From Patescibacteria group bacterium (GTDB taxonomy: Bacteria; Patescibacteriota; Gracilibacteria; UBA1369), in assembly GCA_963169655.1 (NCBI GenBank), contig CAUJCM010000002.1, positions 1,426 through 65,425 of the forward strand: 64,000 nucleotides of DNA. Reading direction: 5' to 3'. Both the position numbers and the translations under genes were made by a program. The notes under the pieces are model-generated. The model did no database searches and had not been told where the DNA came from. It worked only from the letters and a program-made list of their open reading frames with translations. Of this stretch, positions 47,153 to 56,808 are shown in pieces (positions within the stretch are counted from its first letter, which is position 1; each line of letters starts with the position of its first letter).

Positions 47153-48336
47153 TGAAACTAAATAATAATAAAATTTGGATTTTAAATTCTATTGTTCTTA
47201 CAATAACTTTTATGATTCTATTAAGCGGGTCAAATAATGATGTTAGTTATGCTCAGAAAAGTGTAGATAATAATTCAGGATCAGGAAAACAATTATTCTG
47301 TACTAGAGATTTTAGTAATTTTATAAATAACGGATTGGACTTTAATGGGGAAGGATTTATTGACTATTGGAATGATATTTTAGTTATTTATAATACAAAT
47401 TACTGCCAATATTCTGATATTGATAGTTTATTAAATAGAATTGATAAAGCCAGGAAACAAATAAGACAAGCCTTTTATGTTTGTGATACTGCTACAGCAA
47501 CTAGAGTAGCCAGTCAATATTACCAATTATCTGCAGAACTCTATTATTTAAGACATTTTGTAAATATAACTAATCCACCAAATCCAAAGGCTAGCGAGAA
47601 AGAAAAGGCATTAAATGTTATAAAAGATAGTAGTGTGCGCAAAAAATTTATGAATATGTTCGTTAATGATTTAAAATATTTTGATGCTGATACTGGAAAT
47701 AGAGTATTTGAACAATTAGAAGCAAAGTATGCAAGTAAAATTGAAGCTTATCAAAATTGTTCTGACCCTAACTTAGGAATGTTAACAGATAGAATAAATA
47801 ATATTAAAAATACGCTTAACCAACTCAAATTACTTGGTGATAGATTTCAAGCTAAAGTAGAAGCAAGAAATAATGCTCGTGATAAAAGATTAAAAGAAAA
47901 TCCAGGTATTTTATCAGCATTTTCCGCTCATAATGCAGCTGAATTTTTTAATAGCGTCTTTAATATAAGATTAAATAATGAACCAATTAAGGAAACTACT
48001 GTCTGGGAACAAATTTCTAACACTTATAAACAAAATAAACTTGGAGGTAATTTAACTGCTGAGAAAGATAATATTGAAGTGCCAAGAGGTATTAAATTTA
48101 ATGATATTGCTGATGATTTATCTTTAATAAAAAGGAGAGATATGGATGTGGATATGGATATTAAGTTTGTGACAAGCTATGACTTAAAATACAGGCAAGT
48201 TGGAGGGATGGGACTAGATAAAGCTAAAGTAAATTTAGATGATTTGAAAGTAATTCTGACTGATACTTTCCAACCTCTTTTAGAAATTAAAGGATGTACG
48301 GCTAATATTGTTGGAAAACAGTGTGGAGAACGCTAA
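47152..48336 (+). CDS. Secreted hypothetical protein 4 of 4 (6 Cys, ends ..GCTANIVGKQCGER)
   Basis: ATG at 47152, in a TAATG overlap, gives MKLNNNKIWILNSIVLTITFMILLSG..SYAQ. It is preferred over the TTG at 47143. Confidence 0.7.
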   Translation: MKLNNNKIWILNSIVLTITFMILLSGSNNDVSYAQKSVDNNSGSGKQLFCTRDFSNFINNGLDFNGEGFIDYWNDILVIYNTNYCQYSDIDSLLNRIDKARKQIRQAFYVCDTATATRVASQYYQLSAELYYLRHFVNITNPPNPKASEKEKALNVIKDSSVRKKFMNMFVNDLKYFDADTGNRVFEQLEAKYASKIEAYQNCSDPNLGMLTDRINNIKNTLNQLKLLGDRFQAKVEARNNARDKRLKENPGILSAFSAHNAAEFFNSVFNIRLNNEPIKETTVWEQISNTYKQNKLGGNLTAEKDNIEVPRGIKFNDIADDLSLIKRRDMDVDMDIKFVTSYDLKYRQVGGMGLDKAKVNLDDLKVILTDTFQPLLEIKGCTANIVGKQCGER

Positions 48337-48450
48337 ATAAGTAAATAATTTAAATGTTTTATTTGCTAACTTAGTTTTTGATATGGAGTTAAAAAGATAC
48401 ATTAATTTGTATTTAAATCGAGAAGTTTATTACCCCATAAAAACCACAAT

Positions 48451-48467
48451 CCCCGCTGTTAGCGGGG
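48451..48467. terminator. GC-rich hairpin between convergent genes (candidate bidirectional terminator)
   Basis: Stem ccccgct / agcgggg with a 3-nt loop. On the minus strand it is followed by attgtggttttta. The U-run is weak on the + strand. Confidence 0.4.
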
Positions 48468-48497
48468 TAGTTGAGGTTATTCTAGGGCTTAAATTTT

Positions 48498-48677
48498 TTA
48501 TCTTGCTACTAAAGTGAGAATAGATCCTTTTACTCTGTCTTTCCATGCAAGATACGATTTTTTTCTTGATTTACCTGTAATATGTTCTAGGGCCTCAATA
48601 TTACTTGTTTTACAGTGAGGACAATTTTCTTTTTTGGTGGAGATTGATACTCCGCAATTGAGGCAATTAAATATCAT
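48498..48677 (-). CDS. Small zinc-ribbon protein (59 aa), absent from the supplied ORF track
   Basis: Hand translation gives MIFNCLNCGVSISTKKENCPHCKTSNIEALEHITGKSRKKSYLAWKDRVKGSILTLVAR*. It has CxxC-N11-CxxC, and its ATG lies 5 nt after the stop of the upstream HTH gene. Confidence 0.6.
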   Translation of the reverse strand: MIFNCLNCGVSISTKKENCPHCKTSNIEALEHITGKSRKKSYLAWKDRVKGSILTLVAR

Positions 48678-48682
48678 AGTAT

Positions 48683-49078
48683 TTATTGTAGTTTATAGTA
48701 CTGATCGTCCCCTCCTTTCTGTAAATTTTGTGTATCTTGTTTTTCAATAATTTTTAGTTTTGTGACCTTAATAGCACTTTCTTGATCTATTGTATTTTCT
48801 ATTATTGTTTTTTCAGATGGTGGGTCTGTTAATTCTTTTTTAAGAGATTTGTTTTTGTTTTTGGTTTTTTTAATAATATTAGTTGAAGTTTCCTCAGTTT
48901 TCTTATGATTTGATGAAGTTTGTTCAAGAAAACCTTCTAAGTCGCTTTCTCTGATGCGATAAACGCGTCCAAGCTTACTTGCTTTAAGTTTGCCTTGTTT
49001 AATAAATTTTAACACAGTGAATGGATGCACTTGTAAAATTTGGGCAACTTGGTCTGGAGTTAGTATTTTTTCCTGCAT
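48683..49078 (-). CDS. Excisionase-family (MerR-like HTH_17) DNA-binding protein with charged C-terminal tail
   Basis: LTPDQVAQILQVHPFTVLKFIKQGKLKASKLGRVYRIRESDLEGFL matches the excisionase-type helix-turn-helix pattern. Confidence 0.7.
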   Translation of the reverse strand: MQEKILTPDQVAQILQVHPFTVLKFIKQGKLKASKLGRVYRIRESDLEGFLEQTSSNHKKTEETSTNIIKKTKNKNKSLKKELTDPPSEKTIIENTIDQESAIKVTKLKIIEKQDTQNLQKGGDDQYYKLQ

Positions 49079-49167
49079 TTAATTAACCAATTTATTGATT
49101 AATTAAATTTTAGCATTATTTTTAATGTTCTTCAATCGTTACAGTGTTGTTTATTTATCTGTTTTGC

Positions 49168-49195
49168 ATTTTACTCATATTTTTAAATATTTCAA
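49168..49195 (-). promoter_or_regulatory. Sigma70-type promoter of the HTH/zinc-ribbon pair (TTGAAA-N16-TAAAAT on the minus strand)
   Basis: The reverse complement of 49190-95 is TTGAAA, and that of 49168-73 is TAAAAT. It lies about 90 nt upstream of the ATG at 49078. Confidence 0.45.
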
Positions 49196-49210
49196 TAGTA
49201 TTTTTATATT

Positions 49211-49232
49211 TTATTAAACTTTATTAAACTTT
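49211..49232. repeat. 10-bp tandem repeat ATTAAACTTT (2 perfect copies) abutting the -35 of the HTH-gene promoter
   Basis: 49213-22 and 49223-32 are identical. Confidence 0.8.
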
Positions 49233-49320
49233 GAACACTTTTTATACAACTTTTGCACATTATTTTAACAATATCCCACTTAGATTAAAGGCTTTTGAAC
49301 TTATTTGAAGTTAATACAAT

Positions 49321-49370
49321 CTTAAACTTTATTAAATTCTATTAAACTTTATTAAACTTTATTTAATATT
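49321..49370. repeat. Second array of the same 10-bp unit (about 5 copies, 2 perfect)
   Basis: The array reads cttaaacttt / attaaattct / attaaacttt / attaaacttt / atttaatatt, all in one register. Confidence 0.8.
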
Positions 49371-49388
49371 TTTAATATAAAATAAAAG

Positions 49389-49419
49389 AAAAAACTCTTT
49401 AATAAATAAAGAGTTTTTA
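49389..49419 (-). terminator. Rho-independent terminator after uvrA
   Basis: Stem actcttt (49394-400) / aaagagt (49408-14), extended by A/T pairs, with U-runs in both orientations. Confidence 0.6.
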
Positions 49420-49443
49420 AATATAAATTAAATTAAAGCTAAT

Positions 49444-52344
49444 TTATGATAATAATTTATTTAACCAAAGTGCAGTATATGATTTTTTATCTTTAGCAAC
49501 TTCTTCTGGAGTGCCTGAAGCAATGATTTCGCCACCACCATCACCTCCATCTGGCCCAAGATCTATTATATAGTCCACTGACTTAATTATATCTAAATTA
49601 TGTTCAATTGTTAAAACTGTATTACCTTTGTCTACAAGTTTTTGTAGAACATCTAATAATTTTTTAACATCTTCAAAATGAAGACCAGTAGTTGGCTCAT
49701 CTAAAACATATAGTGTCTGACCTGTAGATTTACGTGATAATTCAGTTGATAGTTTAATTCTCTGTGCTTCACCACCTGATAAAGTTGTAGCTTGTTGACC
49801 TAGTCGTATGTATCCAAGCCCAACCTGTAATAATGTATCTAATTTAACTTTAATATTTGGAATAGCCTCAAAAAAATCAAATGCTTCTTCTACAGACATA
49901 TCTAAAACATCAGCTATATTTTTTCCTCTATAAGTAATTTCCAAAGTTTCTGTATTATATCTCTTACCATGACAAGTTTCACATTCCACATAAATATCTG
50001 GTAAAAAATGCATTTCTATCTTCTTAATACCATCACCTTGACACGCTTCACACCTACCGCCTTTGACATTAAAACTAAAACGTCCTGATTTATAACCGCG
50101 AAGCTTGGCTTCTGAACTAGCGGCAAACAAATCACGAATATCTGTGAATACACCAGTATAAGTAGCAGGATTTGACCTTGGCGTTCTTCCAATTGGAGAC
50201 TGATCAATATTGATTATTTTATCTAAATTTTCAATACCTTCTATGGCTTCATGTGTTCCAGAGGTGTTTTTAGTTCCATAAATAGCTTTAGACACCTCTT
50301 TTACTAAAATTCCATTAATTAAAGTGGATTTTCCTGAACCCGATACACCGGTAACGGCTATAAAAGTCCCTAAAGGAAATTTAGCAGAAACATTTTTTAA
50401 ATTATGTTCGCTTGCTCCAATGATTTTTAAAAATTTACCATTACCTTTTCTTCTTTTTTTAGGAATTTTTATTTCAGCTTCTCCAGATAAATATTTACCA
50501 GTAATGGAATTTTTATTTTTCATCACTTCTTGAGGAGTACCAGATGCTAATACTTTACCTCCATTTTTCCCTGCCCCTGGACCAATATCTAAAATATAAT
50601 CAGAAGCCAGCATAGTATCAATATCATGTTCGACTACAATAACTGTGTTTCCAAGGTCTCTTAAAGAAATTAAGGTATCAATCAATTTAGCATTATCATT
50701 TTGATGTAATCCGATAGATGGCTCATCTAAGACATAAATTACTCCTGATAATTTAGAGCCGATTTGAGTAGCTAATCTTATCCTTTGTGCCTCTCCACCC
50801 GATAAAGTGTTTGCAGCTCTCTCTAAAGTCAAATAATTAAGCCCAACATCTTCTAGAAAATTTAACCTACTTTGTATTTCTTTGGTAATTAAGTTAGCAA
50901 TTTCTTGTTGTCCTTTTGGTAAAGACAAATTAGCAAAGAATTTTCTTGCTTCTTTAACTGAAATTTTTGTTAAATCAATAATTGAATTTCCATTAATTTT
51001 AATAGCCAAAACCTCAGGTTTAAGTCTATTCCCAAGGCATTTAGGACAAACTAAAATCTGCATATATTTTTCTATTTTCTTTCTTATATAATCAGAATCT
51101 GTTTCATGATAGCGTCTTTCAAGATTTGGAATTACTCCTTCAAAACGAGTTTGATATTCACCATTAAAGCCTTCTCCTTCTTCACTAAACTGAGAATTAG
51201 ACATTTTAATTTTATATTTTTTCTCACCAGTGCCATACAAAACAATATCTAATTGCTCTTTAGTAAGCTTTTTAATTGGAGTATTCATTGAAAATCCTAC
51301 TTGTTTGGCAACGGCTTCTAAAATTCTATTATACCAAGTTAAGTGGCTTGTAGTAGCTGACCAAGGCATTATAGCACCTTCAGATAGAGTTAAATTTGAA
51401 TTAGGGATAATTAACTTTGGATCCATTTCTAGCTTTGTCCCTAAACCATGACAATATTCACATGCACCTTGAGGAGAATTGAAAGAAAATAAACTTGGTG
51501 TAATTTCTGGAATATTTAACTTTGAATCTTCAGAGGCATATTGTTCTGAAAATAATTGTTCCTCTTTTGTATCATGATCAACTACTATAATTTGACCATT
51601 CCCCTGCCTCAAAGATAATTCAACAGAATCAGCTAAACGCGATCGATCAGGATTTGGCACCTCAATTTGATCGCCATTAGACATTGTTTCAAACCTTTTA
51701 TTTAAATCTTTGACTACTAAACGATCAACTACTATTTCAATATTATGCTTTTTATTTTCATCTAACTCTGGAATATCCACAATGCTTGATACTTCTCCGT
51801 CAACCCGTACTCTCACAAAACCATCTTTTTTAATTTTTTCAAAGATTTTTAAGTGAGCTCCTTTTTTTTGAGTAATAACTGGAGCCAATAAGAGGATTTT
51901 TTTCCCTTCGGGCATTTGAGCAATGATTTCAATGATTTCTGAAGCTGATTGTTTAGTTAATGGTTTACCAGTAACAGGATCATAAGGAATACCTACTTTT
52001 GCAAATAATAATCTTAAATAATCATAAATTTCAGTAACAGTACCAACAGTAGAACGAGGATTTCTTGGTGCTGTTTTTTGATCTATAGAAATCGCAGGAC
52101 TTAAACCCTCAATAGAGTCAACATCAGGTTTCTCCATTAATTGTAAAAACTGTCTTGCATAGGTAGATAAACTCTCGACATATCTTCTTTGACCTTCAGC
52201 ATAAATAGTATCAAAGGCAAGCGTAGATTTTCCTGATCCTGATAAACCTGTTATTACAGTAAGTTTATTTTTAGGTATTTCTACATCAATATTTTTTAAA
52301 TTATGTAGTCTGGCTCCTGTAACTTTAATTTTATCGTTTAACAT
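49444..52344 (-). CDS. uvrA: Excinuclease ABC subunit A
   Basis: 966 aa with two ABC ATPase modules ([12 protein letters not shown] and [12 protein letters not shown]), LSGGEAQR signatures and zinc-finger Cys clusters. Confidence 0.95.
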   Translation of the reverse strand: MLNDKIKVTGARLHNLKNIDVEIPKNKLTVITGLSGSGKSTLAFDTIYAEGQRRYVESLSTYARQFLQLMEKPDVDSIEGLSPAISIDQKTAPRNPRSTVGTVTEIYDYLRLLFAKVGIPYDPVTGKPLTKQSASEIIEIIAQMPEGKKILLLAPVITQKKGAHLKIFEKIKKDGFVRVRVDGEVSSIVDIPELDENKKHNIEIVVDRLVVKDLNKRFETMSNGDQIEVPNPDRSRLADSVELSLRQGNGQIIVVDHDTKEEQLFSEQYASEDSKLNIPEITPSLFSFNSPQGACEYCHGLGTKLEMDPKLIIPNSNLTLSEGAIMPWSATTSHLTWYNRILEAVAKQVGFSMNTPIKKLTKEQLDIVLYGTGEKKYKIKMSNSQFSEEGEGFNGEYQTRFEGVIPNLERRYHETDSDYIRKKIEKYMQILVCPKCLGNRLKPEVLAIKINGNSIIDLTKISVKEARKFFANLSLPKGQQEIANLITKEIQSRLNFLEDVGLNYLTLERAANTLSGGEAQRIRLATQIGSKLSGVIYVLDEPSIGLHQNDNAKLIDTLISLRDLGNTVIVVEHDIDTMLASDYILDIGPGAGKNGGKVLASGTPQEVMKNKNSITGKYLSGEAEIKIPKKRRKGNGKFLKIIGASEHNLKNVSAKFPLGTFIAVTGVSGSGKSTLINGILVKEVSKAIYGTKNTSGTHEAIEGIENLDKIINIDQSPIGRTPRSNPATYTGVFTDIRDLFAASSEAKLRGYKSGRFSFNVKGGRCEACQGDGIKKIEMHFLPDIYVECETCHGKRYNTETLEITYRGKNIADVLDMSVEEAFDFFEAIPNIKVKLDTLLQVGLGYIRLGQQATTLSGGEAQRIKLSTELSRKSTGQTLYVLDEPTTGLHFEDVKKLLDVLQKLVDKGNTVLTIEHNLDIIKSVDYIIDLGPDGGDGGGEIIASGTPEEVAKDKKSYTALWLNKLLS

Positions 52345-52539
52345 TTTCTAAATAAAATGAAGGATACATCGCTTCAATTAGCGTGATCTCTATGTAAATA
52401 TATATTTATTTTCCTACTTATTAACGACAGGTAATCTATCACTTAATTTAATCTTTATCAATGTATGTACTGCAAAAAAACCTGATTAATAACTAGATTA
52501 ATTGTGTATGTTACATTAATGAAATAAGATAGTAAAGTT

Positions 52540-53379
52540 TTATTTTTCTACTAATAAATACTCTTTATCAATTCTTTTACTATCAAACATAAATGATAGA
52601 GTGATAAAGCCAATGGTTAAATAAGGGATAATTAAAAAAGTCCAGTTCATTTCGAGGAATATATTAAAGAAAGCATGAAGTACTGATGCTATAATAAGTC
52701 CCTGTGCTATTTTTTCATTATGGAAAGTTTGAATTTTATCTAGTTTAAACACTTCAACAAATTTTTTGAGAATTGGCCACTTATTTTTATTGTATTTTTC
52801 TTTCATAACCGAGTCTGCAAAAGTAGCTAAACCATAGTAATAACCTAAAATCCCAGAGAACATAACATGAGCAAAGGTAGAAAAGAGCGACCTAAAGACA
52901 AAAGGTAATAAAATGCTTTCTGCCCCTCTTACTTGCATAATATTGTAAAAATAAATCATATTTTCAGCGAAAGAAAAGCCTAGAGCCACAATAATAAAAT
53001 ATTCTATACAATCAGTGATAGAAGTAATTTTTTTATTTTTAATAAATTTTACAGCACTAAACTTGGCTATTTCTTCAATAATTCCAACGATCATAAATGT
53101 TAATAAAGTATCTAGCGGGATAGCAGCTAAATTCTCAAAACCAATTAAATTATCTTGAAAAGTATTAGTATAAGTAAAAGCATTAATCCAAGGGAAATAT
53201 CTCCAAAGATACTTGTAAGCTAAAAGAGGAGCTACGGTGAATATTCCAGCTACAAATAAATGTACAACAGTCCATTTGTTTGTTGGTTGTTTCCTATAAA
53301 ATATCACCCCCCAAAATAAAGCTGGGATTACCGCTAGAAAGCCGGCTAACAAGATGTTAATTATTGGTTGACTAAGCAT
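52540..53379 (-). CDS. PrsW-family intramembrane metalloprotease
   Basis: About 8 TM segments with EEIAKF, FSFAENMIYF, FAHVMFSG and HAFFN motifs. Confidence 0.7.
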   Translation of the reverse strand: MLSQPIINILLAGFLAVIPALFWGVIFYRKQPTNKWTVVHLFVAGIFTVAPLLAYKYLWRYFPWINAFTYTNTFQDNLIGFENLAAIPLDTLLTFMIVGIIEEIAKFSAVKFIKNKKITSITDCIEYFIIVALGFSFAENMIYFYNIMQVRGAESILLPFVFRSLFSTFAHVMFSGILGYYYGLATFADSVMKEKYNKNKWPILKKFVEVFKLDKIQTFHNEKIAQGLIIASVLHAFFNIFLEMNWTFLIIPYLTIGFITLSFMFDSKRIDKEYLLVEK

Positions 53380-53511
53380 TATATTTTCCTATCGTTTTTA
53401 TGAGTTTTATTTGACATTACTTACAAATCCTTACATTATATCATTTCTATTTTTGCTTGCCAATACAAATTTTATGGATTTATGTTAGAGTTAAATCAAA
53501 AGTTGGTTTTT

Positions 53512-54633
53512 ATGTTAAAAAAATTAAATCTTCAGAATTTTCGAAATTATCAAGAAATAAATTTAGATTTTGAAGCTAAATCTGGTCTAACTTATTTGAT
53601 TGGCGACAATGGACAGGGTAAAACTAATATTTTGGAGGCTATTTATATGATGGCGTTAGGTAAGTCTTTTAGAATTTCTAAAGAAGATAATTTAATTAAA
53701 TGGAATGAAGATTATGCGAGAATAAATGCAAATTTTTTAATTAATAAAGAATTAAATTTAGAAATTTTTCTTGGTAAACCACCTCAACCTAAAAGAGTTT
53801 TCAAAATAAATGAAGTAAAAAGCTCTTTAATTAACTTTTTGGGACAAATTAAAGTTGTTTTTTTCAACCCTGAAGACTTAAATATGCTTTATTTAGGCCC
53901 AGAACTTCGAAGACAGTATTTAGATATTTTAAATATTCAAAGCAATAAAGAATATCTATTAGCTTTGAGGAAATTTAAAAAAATAAAAGAACAAAGGAAT
54001 GCTTTACTTAATTTAATTAAAGAAAATAAGGCTAATTCTAATGACTTAGAAATCTGGGACAAGCAATTAGTAGAAAATGGAGTTATTTTATGGGAAGAAA
54101 GGGCTAAAGTATTGGAATATTTTAATCAAAAAATTAGTCAAAAATATCAAGAAATCACTAATTTAAAACAAGAAATTTTAATAAATTACCAAAATAGTTT
54201 ATCTTTAGACTTTAATATACTTAATTTAACTGAAAATTTATCAGAAATATATTTAGATAAATTAAAAGATAGTTTATTAAGAGATATTAATTCAGGTCAT
54301 ACACAAGTTGGACCACATAGAGATGAAATTATTTTTAATTTAAATCAAAAACCTCTTTATGAACATGCTTCAAGAGGAGAGTATCGTACAATTTTATTAG
54401 CTTTAAAGTTAATTGAAATGGATTGGTTTGAAGAGCAAGGACAAAATCCAATTTTACTTTTAGATGATGTTTTTTCTGAATTAGATCATCAAAGACAGCA
54501 ATTTTTATTAAATAAAGTATCTAATTATCAAACTTTTATTACCACAACAAAAGATTCTGCAATATTAAATAAAGAAAATTTACTAAATGGAGATTTTATA
54601 GAAATATCACAAGGAAAAGCGGTTAGGATATAA
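53512..54633 (+). CDS. recF: DNA replication and repair protein RecF
   Basis: MLKKLNLQNFRNY and the Walker A GDNGQGKTNILEAI are present, with LLLDDVFSELD at the C terminus. The ATG at 53512 fits the RecF N terminus better than 53482. Confidence 0.9.
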   Translation: MLKKLNLQNFRNYQEINLDFEAKSGLTYLIGDNGQGKTNILEAIYMMALGKSFRISKEDNLIKWNEDYARINANFLINKELNLEIFLGKPPQPKRVFKINEVKSSLINFLGQIKVVFFNPEDLNMLYLGPELRRQYLDILNIQSNKEYLLALRKFKKIKEQRNALLNLIKENKANSNDLEIWDKQLVENGVILWEERAKVLEYFNQKISQKYQEITNLKQEILINYQNSLSLDFNILNLTENLSEIYLDKLKDSLLRDINSGHTQVGPHRDEIIFNLNQKPLYEHASRGEYRTILLALKLIEMDWFEEQGQNPILLLDDVFSELDHQRQQFLLNKVSNYQTFITTTKDSAILNKENLLNGDFIEISQGKAVRI

Positions 54634-54698
54634 TAGTTTGTCAATTAAAATAAATTAATTTAAACTTCCGGCAGTTTTATTATTTAACAAAGAAAAAT

Positions 54699-56576
54699 AT
54701 GTCAGCTGAAGACTCTCAAAATCAAGCTAATAATAATGATAATTTGCTGACAAATACAACGATAACAGCTTCTAATGCTGAAATTGATCAAATTCATAAT
54801 CAAGATGAAAAATTAGCACATATGCGCCATAGTTGTGCTCATATGCTTGCTCAAGCTGTTTTAGAATTATTTCCTGACGCTAAACTTGGTATTGGTCCTA
54901 CAATTGAAAATGGTTTTTATTATGATTTTGACTTACCAAGAACTTTAACTCCTGATGATTTAAAGATTTTACAAAAGAAAATGGAGCATATAGCTAAACA
55001 AAGACAAACCTTCCATAGAAATGAAATGGAAATTAATCAAGCTATTAAGTATTTAGAGGGAAAAGCACAACCTTTTAAAGTTGAATTAGCAGAAGATTTA
55101 GCAAAAGATGGTGAAACTAAAGTTTCTTTTTATGAAAATCAATTAAATGATGGTACCGTAAAGTTTTGGGATTTATGCCGTGGAGGACATACTCAAAATA
55201 CAGGTGAAGTTGGGGTATTTAAACTTTATAAAATAGCTGGTGCTTATTGGAGAGGTGATGAAAAAAGGCCAATGCTACAGAGAATTTATGGTTTATGCTT
55301 TGAAACTCAAAAAGAATTAGACGATTATATTGAGATGATGGAAGAAGCTAAGAAAAGAGATCATCGTAAACTTGGGACAGAGTTGGGAATATTTGCTTTT
55401 TCAGAAGAAATTGGACCAGGTTTACCTCTTTGGCTACCAAATGGAGCTGTTTTAATTGAAGAATTAGAAAAATTAGCTAAAGAAACAGAGTTTAAAGCTG
55501 GATATAAGAGAGTTAGAACCCCACTAATAACAAAAGAAAGTTTATTTTTGAAATCAGGTCATTTACCTTACTATAAAGACTCTATGTATGCTCCAATGCA
55601 AATAGATGAGCAAAATTACTATTTAAAACCGATGAATTGTCCATTCCATCATGAATGTTATGCTGCAAGTCCAAAAAGTTATAGAGATTTACCACTTCGA
55701 CTTGCTGAATATGGGACTTGCCATAGATATGAAGATTCTGGAGCTTTATTTGGTTTAATGCGTGTTCGGTCAATGCAAATGAATGATGCACATATTTATT
55801 GTACTGAAGATCAATTTGAAGAGGAATTTTTAAATGTAGTAAATATGTATTTAAACTACTTTAAACTTTTTGGAATTGAAAAGTATGTGATGAGGCTTTC
55901 ACTTCACAGTAAAGAAGGTTTAGGTAAAAAATATATAAATGAACCTGAACTTTGGCTTAAAACAGAAGATATGGTGAGGAAAGCTATGAAAAAAGCAAAT
56001 GTGCCTACTGTGGAAATTGAAGATGAAGCTGCATTTTATGGACCAAAAATTGATGTACAAGTTTGGAGTGCTATTGGTAGAGAATTTACTTTAGCTACAA
56101 ATCAAATAGATTTTGCCGTACCCAAAAGATTTAATCTAACTTATATTGATCATGATGGCTTTGAAAAAACTCCACTTTGTATTCACAGAGCTCCTCTAAG
56201 TACACATGAGAGATTAATTGGATTTTTAATTGAACATTTTGCTGGAGCATTTCCAACTTGGCTTGCCCCAATACAAGTAAGATTACTTCCAGTAGCTGAT
56301 ACTCATAAAGATTTTGCTAAGAAATTAAGTGAAGAATTACTTGATATGATGATTCGAGTAGAAATAGATGATAGCAAAGATTCCTTAGGTAAAAGAATTA
56401 GAAATGCAGAAATGATGAAGATTCCTTATATGTTGGTTATTGGAGATAAAGAAGTAAATGGTGAAAATTTAGTAATTCGAAGATATGGAAGTAAAGAACA
56501 AAAGTCACTATCTTGGGAAGAATTTAAAAAAGAATTAGAAGGAGAAATTGCAAAAAGATTTTTAAATTTGCAATAA
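54699..56576 (+). CDS. thrS: Threonine--tRNA ligase lacking an N-terminal TGS domain
   Basis: Editing-domain HSCAHMLA, a class II catalytic core (RDHRKLG, FHHECY, RVRSMQMNDAHIY) and an anticodon-binding domain. The first 40 or so aa are low-complexity rather than a beta-grasp TGS domain. Confidence 0.9.
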   Translation: MSAEDSQNQANNNDNLLTNTTITASNAEIDQIHNQDEKLAHMRHSCAHMLAQAVLELFPDAKLGIGPTIENGFYYDFDLPRTLTPDDLKILQKKMEHIAKQRQTFHRNEMEINQAIKYLEGKAQPFKVELAEDLAKDGETKVSFYENQLNDGTVKFWDLCRGGHTQNTGEVGVFKLYKIAGAYWRGDEKRPMLQRIYGLCFETQKELDDYIEMMEEAKKRDHRKLGTELGIFAFSEEIGPGLPLWLPNGAVLIEELEKLAKETEFKAGYKRVRTPLITKESLFLKSGHLPYYKDSMYAPMQIDEQNYYLKPMNCPFHHECYAASPKSYRDLPLRLAEYGTCHRYEDSGALFGLMRVRSMQMNDAHIYCTEDQFEEEFLNVVNMYLNYFKLFGIEKYVMRLSLHSKEGLGKKYINEPELWLKTEDMVRKAMKKANVPTVEIEDEAAFYGPKIDVQVWSAIGREFTLATNQIDFAVPKRFNLTYIDHDGFEKTPLCIHRAPLSTHERLIGFLIEHFAGAFPTWLAPIQVRLLPVADTHKDFAKKLSEELLDMMIRVEIDDSKDSLGKRIRNAEMMKIPYMLVIGDKEVNGENLVIRRYGSKEQKSLSWEEFKKELEGEIAKRFLNLQ

Positions 56577-56650
56577 ACTATTCTTGATTAGTTTGACTAA
56601 TATTAACTACCTAAATATTAGTAATGAGTGCGGTAAAATATCATATTTAC

Positions 56651-56678
56651 TTGCAATATATGTCTATTCTGTTAAAAT
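56651..56678 (+). promoter_or_regulatory. Promoter candidate TTGCAA-N16-TAAAAT with a TG extension
   Basis: TTGCAA at 56651-56, tgtTAAAAT at 56670-78. The hexamers match those of the pilin promoter. Confidence 0.45.
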
Positions 56679-56713
56679 CAACGCTTGTTGGTCTTTTAAA
56701 AAATAAATGCGTC

Positions 56714-56780
56714 AGTAGAGTTAAACTTGTATAAAAGTCATCAAAAATGGTTTTTATACAGAAAGACTCTACTACTTTTT
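56714..56780 (+). terminator. Long imperfect hairpin plus T-run (thrS terminator or attenuator upstream of the small ORF)
   Basis: Outer stem agtagagt (56714-21) / actctact (56766-73), inner stem tgtataaaa (56728-36) / ttttataca (56752-60), then ttttt at 56776-80. Confidence 0.5.
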
Positions 56781-56808
56781 GGGAGGTTTTTAGGGAGGAG
56801 GTGATAAA

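Noticed and set aside
49079-49443. Chromosomal replication origin near recF or uvrA (AT-rich repeats; AAATCCACC-like 9-mers at 182-190 and 282-290)
   Set aside because: No dnaA or dnaN lies adjacent. No cluster of TTATCCACA-type DnaA boxes was seen. The 10-bp repeats are better explained as operators or iterons for the neighbouring HTH gene.
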